Of a stretch of DNA of 64,000 bases, positions 27,401-36,393 are shown piece by piece (positions within the stretch are counted from its first letter, which is position 1; the number at the start of each line of letters is the position of its first letter). The notes beneath the pieces are model-generated. The model had not been told where the DNA came from. It made no database searches and saw nothing but the letters and a program-made list of their open reading frames with translations. The position numbers and the translations under genes were made by a program. The DNA comes from a virus (Duplodnaviria > Caudoviricetes), in the IMG/VR virus record IMGVR_UViG_3300036985_005342, positions 658 through 64,657 of that record; one strand, given 5' to 3'.

Positions 27401-30400
27401 ACCGTGCCCCAAGCGATTTTGGTGGGTGAACCGTCCTTGTTGATGTGGTCTTTCCCGAAACGCCCGTCGGGGGTAATCATCGCATAGGATCTGGGATTGT
27501 AGGTCTCATCGTAAAGGCGGATGAAAAAAGCTTTATCGAGGATACCGAGATCCTCGAACTTGCGCCCCGTCAGTTCCTTGAGACGCTGCCCATGCTCGAA
27601 GAGTTCTTCGCGGACACCGTCAATGATGAGATACTTCTTGCCCTTGGCCTGCTCCTTCTGTGCCGCGTCCATCTTGGCGGCGGCGGCTTGCATCTCGGGG
27701 CCAAACACATCGGTCTTGCGGTTTTTGCCTGTCCAGATGTCTAGCACGCGCTCGGCGAGAGATACATTCTGGAACCAGTCTTTCTGGGGCGACAAAGCGG
27801 CGATCACACCGGCGACAGACTCGGTGGAAACGGCATACTGTTCAGACCACATGTTAGCGATCCTGTTGGCCCCCTTATACCACTTCTTCGACTCGGTGCG
27901 GATGTTCTCAGGCACACTGTCATACACGAAGAGAATGTTATCCGTCATCTGCTTGAGGATTTTCTTACCGATCTCCTCAATGCTCAGGTTATCCAAGCTG
28001 CCCGCACGGAAGACGTGATGGCTCATAAGGCGTTTAACAATCTTCGTAAACGCCGCCTCGTTGGCCTTGAGCTTGCGGTAGGAAAGATCGCTCGCCGGAG
28101 CCTTGTCCGTGCCTTGTTTCGCAGGGATCTCCGACTGGGGTTGTGGCGTGTGGGTCTCAGGAAGCTGTTCGAGCGTATCCATCCCCACCACACGAGCGGC
28201 CACACGATCCACAGGCTTGCGCTTGATGTCATCCTGCATCGGCGAGGCGTTGGTGCTGGAAGGGAGTGCTGCACGACGACCATTTACGTTGCGGCGAAGA
28301 TCGGACAGCATGGTCAGGCGGCGGTTGTCGGCACCCCCCGTCAGACGGCGAAGTGTGGTATCATCGAGTTTCTCGGTGACAGCCATCATGTCGCTCGGAC
28401 TGACACGCGCCAGCACGTCCACAATCTCACGAGCGGAAAGCTTGCTCTTCTGGATGTTGCGGACAACCATGTTTCGCTGCTCCTTCGAGAGAGAGCTTGG
28501 GACAGTCCCAGCGGTGCGCTCAACACCTTGGAACAGCTCACCCTGCACAAGGCTGGGCTGGGTCGTTGGAGCCTCCTGCCCCGGCAAACTGGCCGGACGG
28601 GTGCCAGCGGCAGCAAACACCAACAGTGCGGCGTTCACATCGTTCGGGTTCTCGATGACCGCTCTGGCGATGTCCTCGATAGGGGCGTTGCGGAGGTCTT
28701 TTTTGTCCTCAGTCTTGTCCACCGTAACTGCTTCAGCCTTAGGTTGTTGCGCTGGTTTTGGGGAGGGCTTTGTCCCTACTTCTTGACCTTCACCTTCCCG
28801 CTGTGCAGCTCCTTTTTGAGCTTGGCCTTCTGCTGCGGGTTGAGCGGGCTGTTTTTGCTCAGGAGCAGGCCGACCTGTTTTTTCGATTTTTCTTTCATTG
28901 GTTGTTGGGGTTGTGAGTTGTGGTGTGGCGGGTTTTTGCGCGGAAGGTTGCGCGGGATTTTCATCAACCAACGCCTTGTCCTGCGCCTCCATAGCGTCGT
29001 AGTCAACTTCCGGGGTGTAGATCATCGTCTCGCCATCTTCCTGCAACTCAAAACCCTGTTTTGAATACCAGTTGATGAGCGTAGGCTTCGACATCTCATC
29101 CGAAGGTTCAACCGTGAGTGAGATCGGTAACTGCTTCTCATCGGCCACACGCTTCAAATCGGTGATAGCCGCTGTGGCACGACCCTTTCTTTGCTGCGAC
29201 TTGTCAGTGGTGATCCCGAGAAGTTGGATACCGGATTTGTTCTCTTCCACGCGAAGGTCAACGCCGTTGGTTTTTGCAGCAGTGGCTACCGCCGCAACCC
29301 CTCCCGCCTCTGGAGAGGGCGCGGTCGGCACAGCCGCAGTCGCGGTGGGTGTGGTGGGTGCAGGGACCACAACCGGCTCACTAGCAGCACCCGGCTGCTG
29401 AGATTCTTTGGCGAAGACAATGGCTTTGACCTTCTTGACAAAGCTGGGGGCCATACCTTTCCAGTTCTTGTCGAAGTCCTCTTCGGTCCAATCGAGAACC
29501 TCTTCGGCGGCACCAAGTTCTTCGAGTTGCTTTGCTTTCGCAGCGCGGGCCGGATCTACTGCCGGTGTGGTTACTGGAGGCGTAGTATTTTCCACTTTGG
29601 CTTTCTCACCCACAACCTTCACCGGCTTCAGATCAAACCCATAGCGATCAGCCACAGCCTTGTGATCCATGTTGTCCCCAACGTTCGCTTCGAGGAAGTC
29701 GAGTTCCTCCTGCTCCTCCTTGGTGAGTTCTTGCGGGCGATCTGAAAAATTGACAGCCTCCCCCGGCATTGGCTCACGACCTTCTTTTTTGCGAAGAAGA
29801 TCGGACCGTCTCTTGGAGGCCGCTATTTCAAGTCCCCTGTTAGAAATGAGTTTCAGCTCCACACCCCACTCCCCGGCAAGTTCTTCCGGCGCGGCCTCGG
29901 CCAAGGTCTTCTTCTCCTCGGGGTCCTCGGTCAGCTCGATCTGCGCGGCTCTTTCGCGTTCAATTTCTGCCAAGCTAACTGGGCCTGATGTCGGGAAAGC
30001 CCTTCCCGCTGTTTCAGCTTCAGGAAGGTTTTCTTGGGTGGCACGGGCGGTGTATTCTTCATCGGATAGGTCATGGAGTTCTTCGGTAGTCTTGTCGCGT
30101 GTGGAAAGGTTTTTAACGTCGCCAACGAGAGTGATTGTCCCTTTTGTTCCAGCAATACTGCCGGAGGCAAAAGCAGTGGCGATGATTGTATCGCCGATGG
30201 CTTTGCGGACCTGCTCGTCCGTCATGTCGGGATTGAGCTGCTGCTGGACGTGGACAGCGTCAAGGGCTGTGATGAGGCTCTCCTCGAAAGCTTCCGAGAT
30301 CGGGGCGAGCGCAAAGTTGTCAGCAGCTCGCAGCACAGCGGCAGAAGCGGATTTGGCGAAGGCTTCCCGTGTGGCTTTTGACGCAAGGGCCTTGCCCATA

Positions 30401-31866
30401 TCTTCCACACCTTTCAGCCCAATCATGCTCATCCCTGTGGTGACTCCGAACTCGCTCAAGAAAGACTTAGCGGCAAGTTCCCCAGCACGCGCACGAATGG
30501 CAGGGTCGTCGGACTGGGATGCACGCTCCCAAGTGTCCAACGCCTGTTCACCGCCGTAGATTGCTGCCGTAGGCGCGACAGTGAGACCGGCCTTGACTCC
30601 GCCTAGAACAGCGGCTCCAACCTTGCCAGCGCGGGCTATGCGCTCGGCCTTGATGAGGTTCCCCGCACCACCGGTTACGGCGGTGAGAGCTACCGACTCC
30701 ACAACGGAAGCCGCACCTTGACCGATACTCGCAGCATCTGTTCCGAAGATCCGAACCTTGTCCTGCTGGATCTTGTCGGAGAGGGCGTTGATACCGTCAA
30801 TGCGCTTGGCCTCGTCTTCCGCGACTTTCTTGAACTCGCCCGCGACGGCTCCGATAAAGGGGTCTTCTGTGGTTTTTTGTTTGGCCCACATTACATCCCC
30901 AACTCTACCAAGAGCGTAAGGCGCAACCCCCGAAAGAGCCTGAGCCGTCTTCGACTTGTTCGTGGCATCAACAATCTTGCGGTAGTTCTCGTTGATGTCG
31001 TCGCCGAGACCAAGCTCCTTTGCAAGCTCGGGGAAGTTCTGCTTGGCGGTTTGCACTACGTTCTCTTTGAAGAGGGCCACACGCTGCGGAGCCTCGTCCT
31101 TCGCCTTGGCTTTCGCCTGATCGGGAAGATTGGACTTGTCCACAATGGCTTCGATCTCATCAGTGTTCTTGACAAGCGCACTGTCCTTGAAGTGAAGAGT
31201 TCCGAAGGCATCACGGGAGACATCGCCCTCATACTTGTTGAGGCGATGGCGCATGACATCATCGACTTCCTCGGGAGCGAGGTTGAAGTCCTTGGAGACA
31301 GTGTCGCGGAGCTTTTCGTAGCGGACCTTGTCCTCGGCAGCTTTCTTGGAGAAGGCTCCGAACGTGACCCCATCAGCCGCAACCGTGGCTGCGCCCTTGA
31401 GACCGCCTTCTCCACCGAAGTAGCCGCTGTCCGAAGCGTAGCGGTCGAGTGCCTTCCACGTCGGCTCCATCTCTTTCGCAACCTCCGGCTTGAACAGGGA
31501 GAAGGTCTTGTCGAGCTGCTGGCGTTTGGCTTCGAGTTCAGCCTTGCGTTGGCCGATCATTTGCTCGCGCTGCTGTGGTGATTCCCACCCGCCGTCAGCG
31601 TCGAGGTTGTTGACCACAAGCTGAGTCTCGGCCTGATCGCGCTGGAACTCCAAGGCACGCTTGGAAAGGGGGTCGGCTGAAGCAAGTGCCGCTGTGGATT
31701 CCAACGCCCTGCGCGAAGCCTGCGCCTGCGACTCACCCCACTTATCGCCGGGGTTCTCGCGTTGATAGGCGTTCCAATACTTGTCGTTCAGCGCAAGCTT
31801 TTCTTCGGCGGAGGCGTTTGCGAAAAATGGGTCCTTGATCGCGTCAGAGTATTTCGGAAGAGGCAT
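21433..31866 (-). CDS. Giant polyvalent internal virion (ejected) protein with GNAT-like, helical enzyme-like, ADP-ribosyltransferase-like and HExxH peptidase-like modules
   Basis: ~3,477 aa from MPLPKYS; QQRKGRAT...WYSKQGF; AALSPQ..KIRSFYNNI..DTHA; GYHGT...GYDG...VFSPENIKSADPVTYD; HEAGH; last gene of the tail/ejection cluster. Confidence 0.8.
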   Translation of the reverse strand: MPLPKYSDAIKDPFFANASAEEKLALNDKYWNAYQRENPGDKWGESQAQASRRALESTAALASADPLSKRALEFQRDQAETQLVVNNLDADGGWESPQQREQMIGQRKAELEAKRQQLDKTFSLFKPEVAKEMEPTWKALDRYASDSGYFGGEGGLKGAATVAADGVTFGAFSKKAAEDKVRYEKLRDTVSKDFNLAPEEVDDVMRHRLNKYEGDVSRDAFGTLHFKDSALVKNTDEIEAIVDKSNLPDQAKAKAKDEAPQRVALFKENVVQTAKQNFPELAKELGLGDDINENYRKIVDATNKSKTAQALSGVAPYALGRVGDVMWAKQKTTEDPFIGAVAGEFKKVAEDEAKRIDGINALSDKIQQDKVRIFGTDAASIGQGAASVVESVALTAVTGGAGNLIKAERIARAGKVGAAVLGGVKAGLTVAPTAAIYGGEQALDTWERASQSDDPAIRARAGELAAKSFLSEFGVTTGMSMIGLKGVEDMGKALASKATREAFAKSASAAVLRAADNFALAPISEAFEESLITALDAVHVQQQLNPDMTDEQVRKAIGDTIIATAFASGSIAGTKGTITLVGDVKNLSTRDKTTEELHDLSDEEYTARATQENLPEAETAGRAFPTSGPVSLAEIERERAAQIELTEDPEEKKTLAEAAPEELAGEWGVELKLISNRGLEIAASKRRSDLLRKKEGREPMPGEAVNFSDRPQELTKEEQEELDFLEANVGDNMDHKAVADRYGFDLKPVKVVGEKAKVENTTPPVTTPAVDPARAAKAKQLEELGAAEEVLDWTEEDFDKNWKGMAPSFVKKVKAIVFAKESQQPGAASEPVVVPAPTTPTATAAVPTAPSPEAGGVAAVATAAKTNGVDLRVEENKSGIQLLGITTDKSQQRKGRATAAITDLKRVADEKQLPISLTVEPSDEMSKPTLINWYSKQGFELQEDGETMIYTPEVDYDAMEAQDKALVDENPAQPSAQKPATPQLTTPTTNERKIEKTGRPAPEQKQPAQPAAEGQAQKGAAQREGEGQEVGTKPSPKPAQQPKAEAVTVDKTEDKKDLRNAPIEDIARAVIENPNDVNAALLVFAAAGTRPASLPGQEAPTTQPSLVQGELFQGVERTAGTVPSSLSKEQRNMVVRNIQKSKLSAREIVDVLARVSPSDMMAVTEKLDDTTLRRLTGGADNRRLTMLSDLRRNVNGRRAALPSSTNASPMQDDIKRKPVDRVAARVVGMDTLEQLPETHTPQPQSEIPAKQGTDKAPASDLSYRKLKANEAAFTKIVKRLMSHHVFRAGSLDNLSIEEIGKKILKQMTDNILFVYDSVPENIRTESKKWYKGANRIANMWSEQYAVSTESVAGVIAALSPQKDWFQNVSLAERVLDIWTGKNRKTDVFGPEMQAAAAKMDAAQKEQAKGKKYLIIDGVREELFEHGQRLKELTGRKFEDLGILDKAFFIRLYDETYNPRSYAMITPDGRFGKDHINKDGSPTKIAWGTVHMTASAVSMLENPSLDNISKELGHAHKIRSFYNNIINPDSDVTVTSDTHAVAVVYMMPLSGAAKEVTDNFGGITTDGYRGTYAFITEAYRLAAKKRGVKPSEMQSVTWEAIRDIFPAAFKRNTGKVDQLREMWNNFSRGRTKESYETIRQRAYEAGGGYSFPSWYQQPELGLGDSGTSWNRTSTYSVEDSGNQSDGLRSGGGRGNGRSGKGTGARTQEGRAAGGEQGTLFQDTEVGVDDQAYLAAVEAGDMEMAQRMVDEAARAAGFIIRGYHGTAYKFTVPKGYRGVAAHLTADKEIAEDFANAAAANVRDIVDREGDQMPYESTEPIVLNLLTKGRYFDPKDTKQVELLAKETGISKQEINQADYGVFEDARVQQSLKDLGYDGYYESESGNGVITSFAVFSPENIKSADPVTYDEQGNVIPLSQRFNPESRSILFQDTEGPKGTYTPKAVAAAQNVSNTVLGLIEGKADTTTGIHEAGHAIEDFLREIGEGEKADALEAWAKENVGDDWRKKREYIARGFERFVINGVKTGVESVDRAFARIAEIMLNIYKGIKGSSVDIDIPPNIEKIFNDLLSRGAKLEAEGKKPIVLPVDIKRQAPKPKAETKAKPQPAPKRKIPARKIPAPLPFGVKREDLDAARRRYGIPERQGMVVRMTDEESLDEAYARLAKRDKGDESALVGQELVLDLMGDNRGTNKVEVALLAIHGFEIQKALKDLDNKITKLDPGETQKRKAFETLQEALFADFQDLVNITQLQGSRAGLALQAMKLVANEVYSVDAMLRRRAIWKNTGKKPGQAKDPLTPAEMRDTEKQSKKILELIKERERLMKELEDKYNREEAAAIISKKEKDVAKERKPTKPRGVLVEKAAAVATSARDRLRAMGVGVTRLSQLPETPKKKVAALLDRSGNFLELASDETHAYKAQIALKEKGNSQDINKALQVALQSGFARVVVDGNNLYVDFGESKNTLTPSQRKALITHAESVGYTSITTDNYNGSKVVWEADTLFQDSESTQVEILDALSDVGTEYLAGNAKTIEAFTEKLVSEFGEEFRDQAETVFGLAKDKLAKLASTARQKTPQELSSLIDPSKGISEKMVYNMALGFMRQGLKGEAVLDAVTKLLQNDYPNLTREEVVVAFTNYGRVKNVSQEQLKVDIRELKVVERLGAQLLDIAKGFFPKKTGLPRDPTTSPVRSLMKQIKQAMIDAGMNYTEEQDKKTRLAGARDAIKRQLENQLRDMKYAIDERIRIDRPKRDPVTDPILDDLKKRRDEMLVEYRAIFGIDSKKISLEAQIKRASKMLDRQINLLEAEMRGEILDKPTKVKLDSPELKAKRERLESLREAKRIAQEARNPKKTAAEIATNRLYDSVNKSIERFEYFIKNGTYPPTAKGVAPTLNSVLKEMMATRDRLRDTVREIQKDRRILTPPEVIARRRAIVQLNKTIADLNARIAKRDFSKRAKKPESTDPAVRNLKATVVSLRATLDQLKKDALKPTSPEEKRIQRMIAASKKRKENYERRLAAGDFAKAVKRDTKEDSRLTQTKIDEAKAKAEWLEEGRKYAIANMSASQRFWHYVGGAFKLRKITTLGFELGIGMRQAYFYTLRAWANPIKVTTTFAKAFSGMFSRDKEIAYYNDVIDRPNSVYDKRMDLRFMSPFADLDRMQEADAIDPELMETINKKLPKFIPLRWVTELGLGVERFNRIVTNLTRAQMADTLIEKGIRDEGNPSKDELAIIGNAVMNATGRGSLKNPSLDAGLALANTVTISARWAVSRAKMNALEPIWTRRASFDGTMKIRATVAADVYGKAIVGRAILGTVIVGIVRAITPDDEEEDIVWNPTSGKFGGISYKGTMIDLGGGMRPYINLLAQGIMGYKLNSKGEVIPLRGEGSIGFGKQDFRDSLYDFVRNRENINMAMILDTITQKHFGDIAMTPTSFTRQLLEPIIVEDLVNIFETHGVRDGSVLATALFFGVGVRTPWEKTEKKEPEYNWIRF

Positions 31867-31874
31867 GAGTGTTT

Positions 31875-33062
31875 TTACCGCAATTCGGGAACATTCCAAG
31901 GACTATTTGAAGGGGGTGTGGTCGTCGATCCAGTCATCCCGAACTTCTTCTGCGCGTAATTCCATACGCGTTTACGTGCAGCTTTTCCAGCCGGACTGAG
32001 GCCGGGAACCTTGTTGACATACTCATTTTCTTCCATGTTGGAAGCAGATGTCAGCTCGTTTGACACCTTATCTTTTTCGTAAAGTTTGGCTTCTTCAACT
32101 TGCTGAGATGTTGGATTCTTTCCAACGGGAGGAGGGAAGAAGGTCTTGTTGTCAAACAGTCCCAATGTTTCTTTTTCCTCTGCTGTGGTCGAAGGTGCCT
32201 TTGGCGCATCAGGTTTCGCAGTAAGGCGCATCTCCTCATCCTTCAGCTCTTGGCTTCTGACTTCAGCGTTGACCCGCGCCTCGCCTTGGAGAGCAGGGTC
32301 TTTCAAGTCCATTTCCACTCTTGCACGCTCCTCGCGAGTTTTACGAAGATTGTCGGGTGCCGGAGTTTCCGCAGGACTGAGCATATCAGCGGAGGACGGA
32401 ACCTGCCGGGGCAATCTTGGGTTTTGATCTTCCACATCAGCTATGATGTTTTTAGACCGAGTATCGGCGGCATTATCTTTGACACCGAACAGGTTACGGG
32501 CACCTATCATATTACCCTCATCGCGCTTGAGTTTTTCGTTCGCCACGATCTCAGGATTGTTAATTGGCGTTCCTGTTCCTGTTCCTGTTCCTGTTCCTGT
32601 TCCTGTCCCATCACCATACCGCTCACCGAACCGCAGTAAATCCTCCGCACGCTTACGCTTTTCCTCTTCAGCCGCAGCTTGCTCAGACTCAAATTGAGAC
32701 TCAAGCAGTCCCATTTTCCGGCTCTGGATGTCCCGAGAAAAAGCATCATTGGCAGAAATTCTTGATTGTGTCTGCTGATCCAAACCATACCGGCGATCCG
32801 ACTCGAAGGCGGAGCGGTTGAAACGCATGGCATCTTCCATGTCCTGCTGCGTGTTCTCGGCCCTGCGCTGCATCAGGTTTGTCTCCTGCTGACGCATGGC
32901 GAAAAGGTCCCGTTCCTGTGCGAGCTGCTTGTCGGCCATCGAACGCCCGAGCGAAATCGCTTGGTTCATAATGCTGCTAATTGCCTCGGGACCGGCACGC
33001 AGAAGACCCTCAATGGAGTTCGAGCCATTGTTCTGAAACATCTGGATTGGTGATAGAGCCAT
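31875..33062 (-). CDS. Putative internal virion/ejection protein
   Basis: 395 aa, Q/R/E-rich helical N-terminus, (GT)n linker; position. Confidence 0.6.
   Translation of the reverse strand: MALSPIQMFQNNGSNSIEGLLRAGPEAISSIMNQAISLGRSMADKQLAQERDLFAMRQQETNLMQRRAENTQQDMEDAMRFNRSAFESDRRYGLDQQTQSRISANDAFSRDIQSRKMGLLESQFESEQAAAEEEKRKRAEDLLRFGERYGDGTGTGTGTGTGTGTPINNPEIVANEKLKRDEGNMIGARNLFGVKDNAADTRSKNIIADVEDQNPRLPRQVPSSADMLSPAETPAPDNLRKTREERARVEMDLKDPALQGEARVNAEVRSQELKDEEMRLTAKPDAPKAPSTTAEEKETLGLFDNKTFFPPPVGKNPTSQQVEEAKLYEKDKVSNELTSASNMEENEYVNKVPGLSPAGKAARKRVWNYAQKKFGMTGSTTTPPSNSPWNVPELR
32569..32609 (-). repeat. (GGAACA)n hexamer repeat encoding Gly-Thr
   Basis: (GTTCCT)n on + strand, about six units. 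Confidence 0.85.
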
Positions 33063-33064
33063 GA

Positions 33065-33850
33065 TTAGCGTTTGTAGAAGTTGGAAATATCACCTTGACT
33101 TGAGACTAAGTCAAGACTTCGTGGATTGGTTTTCTTGCTCATTTTTCGGATACCTACGACAGTTCCTCCGAAAGAGTTGCTGCCTTTGGTTTCATAGAGA
33201 TCGACGGTTTCGGGAAGGGGCTTTCCTTTATACGTTGTTGGCACAGTGTCGTCGTAAGTGCGAACCATGACCTCGCCGTCAGCCGTCAGAACCTCGAACT
33301 CGTCGCCTGTTTTCAGACCGTATCGTCTGGCGAGACTTTTGGTGAGTGCAGCAGAACGTCCATCAACAAGCTTGTTATTGGCGTGGCCGATCTTCAGAAC
33401 ATTGGAATTGTAATCAGGAGAACTGTCGGAAGTGTAGCCGTAGTTGGCGAGCTTGAGCTTGACCTTGTTGAAGTCACCAGCGTTGGCCTGAACCACATCC
33501 TCTTTGGAAAGATTGATGTTAGGCTGTGGCAAATCAGCGGGAGGTTTAGGGTTGTAGCTGGCGACGGGGTCCTCGTCGTTTTCCATGAGCGAAGCCTGCC
33601 GCTTGGCCCGGAACTGTTGAATGAAATCCTCATCTTCCTGTGCCGCGAACATCTCATTCTGCATCTGGCGGGAGGTATTCTCATCGCGCCGACGCTTGGC
33701 ATCATCAAGACCGGCGGGATCTTCATCTAACAGATCGAGGAAAGAGTTGACCTGTGGAACCACAGACTCGTTGAAAATCTCCGCGCCGCGTTTTCCAGAA
33801 AAATCCATGATCTTTCCGGGGTCTGTTGAGAATAGCCCTTGAGTGGTCAT
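33065..33850 (-). CDS. Virion protein with 3D/DPBB-like putative peptidoglycan transglycosylase domain
   Basis: SAALTKSLARRYGLKTGDEFEV...YDDT...VDLY pattern; in ejection cluster. Confidence 0.5.
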   Translation of the reverse strand: MTTQGLFSTDPGKIMDFSGKRGAEIFNESVVPQVNSFLDLLDEDPAGLDDAKRRRDENTSRQMQNEMFAAQEDEDFIQQFRAKRQASLMENDEDPVASYNPKPPADLPQPNINLSKEDVVQANAGDFNKVKLKLANYGYTSDSSPDYNSNVLKIGHANNKLVDGRSAALTKSLARRYGLKTGDEFEVLTADGEVMVRTYDDTVPTTYKGKPLPETVDLYETKGSNSFGGTVVGIRKMSKKTNPRSLDLVSSQGDISNFYKR

Positions 33851-34938
33851 ACACGTTGCGCCCTAAGAGGGTTCTCCCATGAGCCGGGTTGGCCCGCCGG
33901 TGCGCCCGTCCGTCCGCCAGAATACCCTTCTTGTGATTGGTTAGGTGCCCCGAAGAAGTGACTGCTGTTAGCATTACTGATCGCCTGACCGATACTTCCA
34001 ACAAGTCCGGTGATATTGCTCATCGTAGGTGAAGGAACAATAGCTGCGAAGTTGGGAACGTGGGTGTTGACGAGCAACGCCTCGGAAGCCTTCTGCTGAA
34101 GACGCACGATGTCGCGCTGCATCTTGAGCTGCAACTCGGCCATGAGAAACGGTTCCTTCTGGGCTAGAGCATTGTTCTTGTTCTGAAGAGACTGCTGGAT
34201 GAGCTGTGCTTGCTGGAGAGCGAGCTGAATCCGCATGGTTGGATTGACCATCATGTCCATGAGGTTGACTTGACGATTTTGGGGGCTGACGGCAGAGTTG
34301 ACCCACGCTGTCGCTTCGCGGAACTCGCGACGGCCCTCGGACTGCGCCCTGAGCTTGGAGATCCCGAGATCGCGGGCCGTGGTTTTGCGGGTGTTGCCAA
34401 TACGTCCTGTCAGCGAAGCGCGTTCCGCATTGTCTGTCAGAACCTCAACCACGTCCCCTACCGGCAGGATTCCCCGTGTGAGGTCTTGAACCGATTGGGA
34501 TTGGATGTCGAGGGTGACGAGGAACCGTGGATCGAACTGGAGAACGTGGACGAGATCGTTGCGCTCGTGGAGCCGGTTGATGTTTTGAGCGAACACGTCC
34601 GCCCGCTCGGATTTGTCGATGTTGCACTCTATGGTCGCGCCTTGAACACAGCAGGCATCCACAGGGACAAACTCTGCGGCGATAGGCACGTCCGGGAAAG
34701 CATTCTCGAAATCGTCACCGTCGAGGAGGTCCTGCGTGTTGACAAGGTAGAAGTCAATGGCAGCGTTAAGGATCTCCCGCTGCTCTTTGCTGATCGCGTC
34801 GTAATGCTCCTTTTGGAGACGCAGCACTTCCTTGTTTGCCTCGGCTTGAAGCTTCGGCATTCTCTTGGCCTCGGACCAAGAATAGATATTTGACGCGGCG
34901 TAAATAACAGCCGCCACTGCTGCACCTGTATCACCCAT
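33847..34938 (-). CDS. Putative internal virion (pilot/ejection) protein
   Basis: 363 aa, Ala-rich N-terminus, Gln-rich helices; follows GNAT-like tail gene. Confidence 0.6.
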   Translation of the reverse strand: MGDTGAAVAAVIYAASNIYSWSEAKRMPKLQAEANKEVLRLQKEHYDAISKEQREILNAAIDFYLVNTQDLLDGDDFENAFPDVPIAAEFVPVDACCVQGATIECNIDKSERADVFAQNINRLHERNDLVHVLQFDPRFLVTLDIQSQSVQDLTRGILPVGDVVEVLTDNAERASLTGRIGNTRKTTARDLGISKLRAQSEGRREFREATAWVNSAVSPQNRQVNLMDMMVNPTMRIQLALQQAQLIQQSLQNKNNALAQKEPFLMAELQLKMQRDIVRLQQKASEALLVNTHVPNFAAIVPSPTMSNITGLVGSIGQAISNANSSHFFGAPNQSQEGYSGGRTGAPAGQPGSWENPLRAQRV

Positions 34939-35404
34939 TTGGTTTATCCTCCTCTAAGTGTTTGATGAAAATCTTTTCTTGCGGCTCGAAGCCCGCGTCG
35001 ATCCACATCTTTGATGTGTCCTTGGCTCCCCGGTAAATCCATGAAGTTCCTATGACCGAATCCGCCCCGTTCAGTCTGGCGTAATTCTCCGCCGTGCGGA
35101 GAAGAACCTCAACCACATCAGCATCGCCTCTCTTCTCGGGGACGATGTAGATGAGGTTGATAAAAGCCATCATGTTGAACGTGGCCATGCCGGGGAAGTG
35201 TGTCATAATGAGGACGACCTTTGGGTCTTCGACACTGTCAGCATAAGCCCCGAGATACTTGCCGTCATATCCGCGCTCGGCGTTAAACAGGCAAAGCTCG
35301 GGGGTGGATCGCATCTGAAGGTTCGATTCCTTGATGCGGTCGGCGAACACTTTCTTCAGGCTGGAAAGCTGGTTCTTTTTCAGGGGCTTGAGAATAATGC
35401 TCAT
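34931..35404 (-). CDS. GNAT-fold tail assembly protein
   Basis: LIYIVPEKRG...LLRTAENYARLNGA...AGF; typical position after podovirus tail genes. Confidence 0.65.
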   Translation of the reverse strand: MSIILKPLKKNQLSSLKKVFADRIKESNLQMRSTPELCLFNAERGYDGKYLGAYADSVEDPKVVLIMTHFPGMATFNMMAFINLIYIVPEKRGDADVVEVLLRTAENYARLNGADSVIGTSWIYRGAKDTSKMWIDAGFEPQEKIFIKHLEEDKPNG

Positions 35405-36393
35405 ACTGCGTATCCGGGGAGTGATTTACGGGGCACCGCTGCGGCACCACGGTAAGGGTTTTCGTCCTGCATGGCACGGCCACGAAAACGACTCATCTCA
35501 CTGAGAATGAGTCGTTCCATCTCCTGCCGGTCGAGCTGGGCGCGATTGATTTCTTTGACTTCGGTTGTGGCCTCCCCGAATTTGAAGTAACGGGATGCGG
35601 CTTCGATGATGAGGCGGTTGCCAAGTTCAACAATGTCGTGGTCGAAAAACACGTCCCGGTAGCGGCGGTTCCCATGAAGCAAGACCACACCCGTCGGGCA
35701 GATCGAGCGGAGCTTCATCCGGCGATAGCTTGGGACGGTCTCCCACGGCACGTATTCGGAAAGTTCGTAGCCATCGTCCTGCATGAGCCTGACGCTGCCC
35801 TTGCGGTTGCCGGGAAGGGACACGCTGTGGATCTTGGAAACCTTGACTGGCGAAACCACAAAACTGTCACCGATGAGGTCGAAGCAGATTTTCTTGAGCC
35901 TGCCGGAAGCGTCGGTCGCTTCCATGTTCACAACCTTGCCCGTATCATCCGTGCTGGTAGCGAACAACTTGACCTTCGTGGTTTTCTGGAGGTCACGCTC
36001 GGTCGGAAAGGTTTCCGCCATCATCAGGGCTTCGACACGCCCTTGACCATCGACACCAAGGCCATTGTGGGCCTCGCGCCAACGGGAACGGAGCTTGAGG
36101 GACTGCCCGTAGCTGAAGACAGCCTCGGGACCGGCGACATCCTCGGGGAGGGTGAAACCTTGGTATTCCTCCACACAATCGCCGAGATTACACTCCTTGA
36201 ACTTGGCTACGCAGATCGTGTGAAAAACGTCATCGAAAAGCTTGAATTTGTCGTATTCGGTATAGACCAAAAGACGATACTTGTTGATGTATTTGACAAC
36301 CTCGGCTCTATCAGAAGACCAGTCGAGGCCCATCGCCTCGGCCACGATTGGACCGGCTTCTGCAACGGTGATAGGATTTATGCCGAGGGCCAT
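35401..36393 (-). CDS. Putative head-tail adaptor (tail tubular A-like)
   Basis: 330 aa; VVKYINKY, GFTLPED, helical C-terminus; position. Confidence 0.5.
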   Translation of the reverse strand: MALGINPITVAEAGPIVAEAMGLDWSSDRAEVVKYINKYRLLVYTEYDKFKLFDDVFHTICVAKFKECNLGDCVEEYQGFTLPEDVAGPEAVFSYGQSLKLRSRWREAHNGLGVDGQGRVEALMMAETFPTERDLQKTTKVKLFATSTDDTGKVVNMEATDASGRLKKICFDLIGDSFVVSPVKVSKIHSVSLPGNRKGSVRLMQDDGYELSEYVPWETVPSYRRMKLRSICPTGVVLLHGNRRYRDVFFDHDIVELGNRLIIEAASRYFKFGEATTEVKEINRAQLDRQEMERLILSEMSRFRGRAMQDENPYRGAAAVPRKSLPGYAV

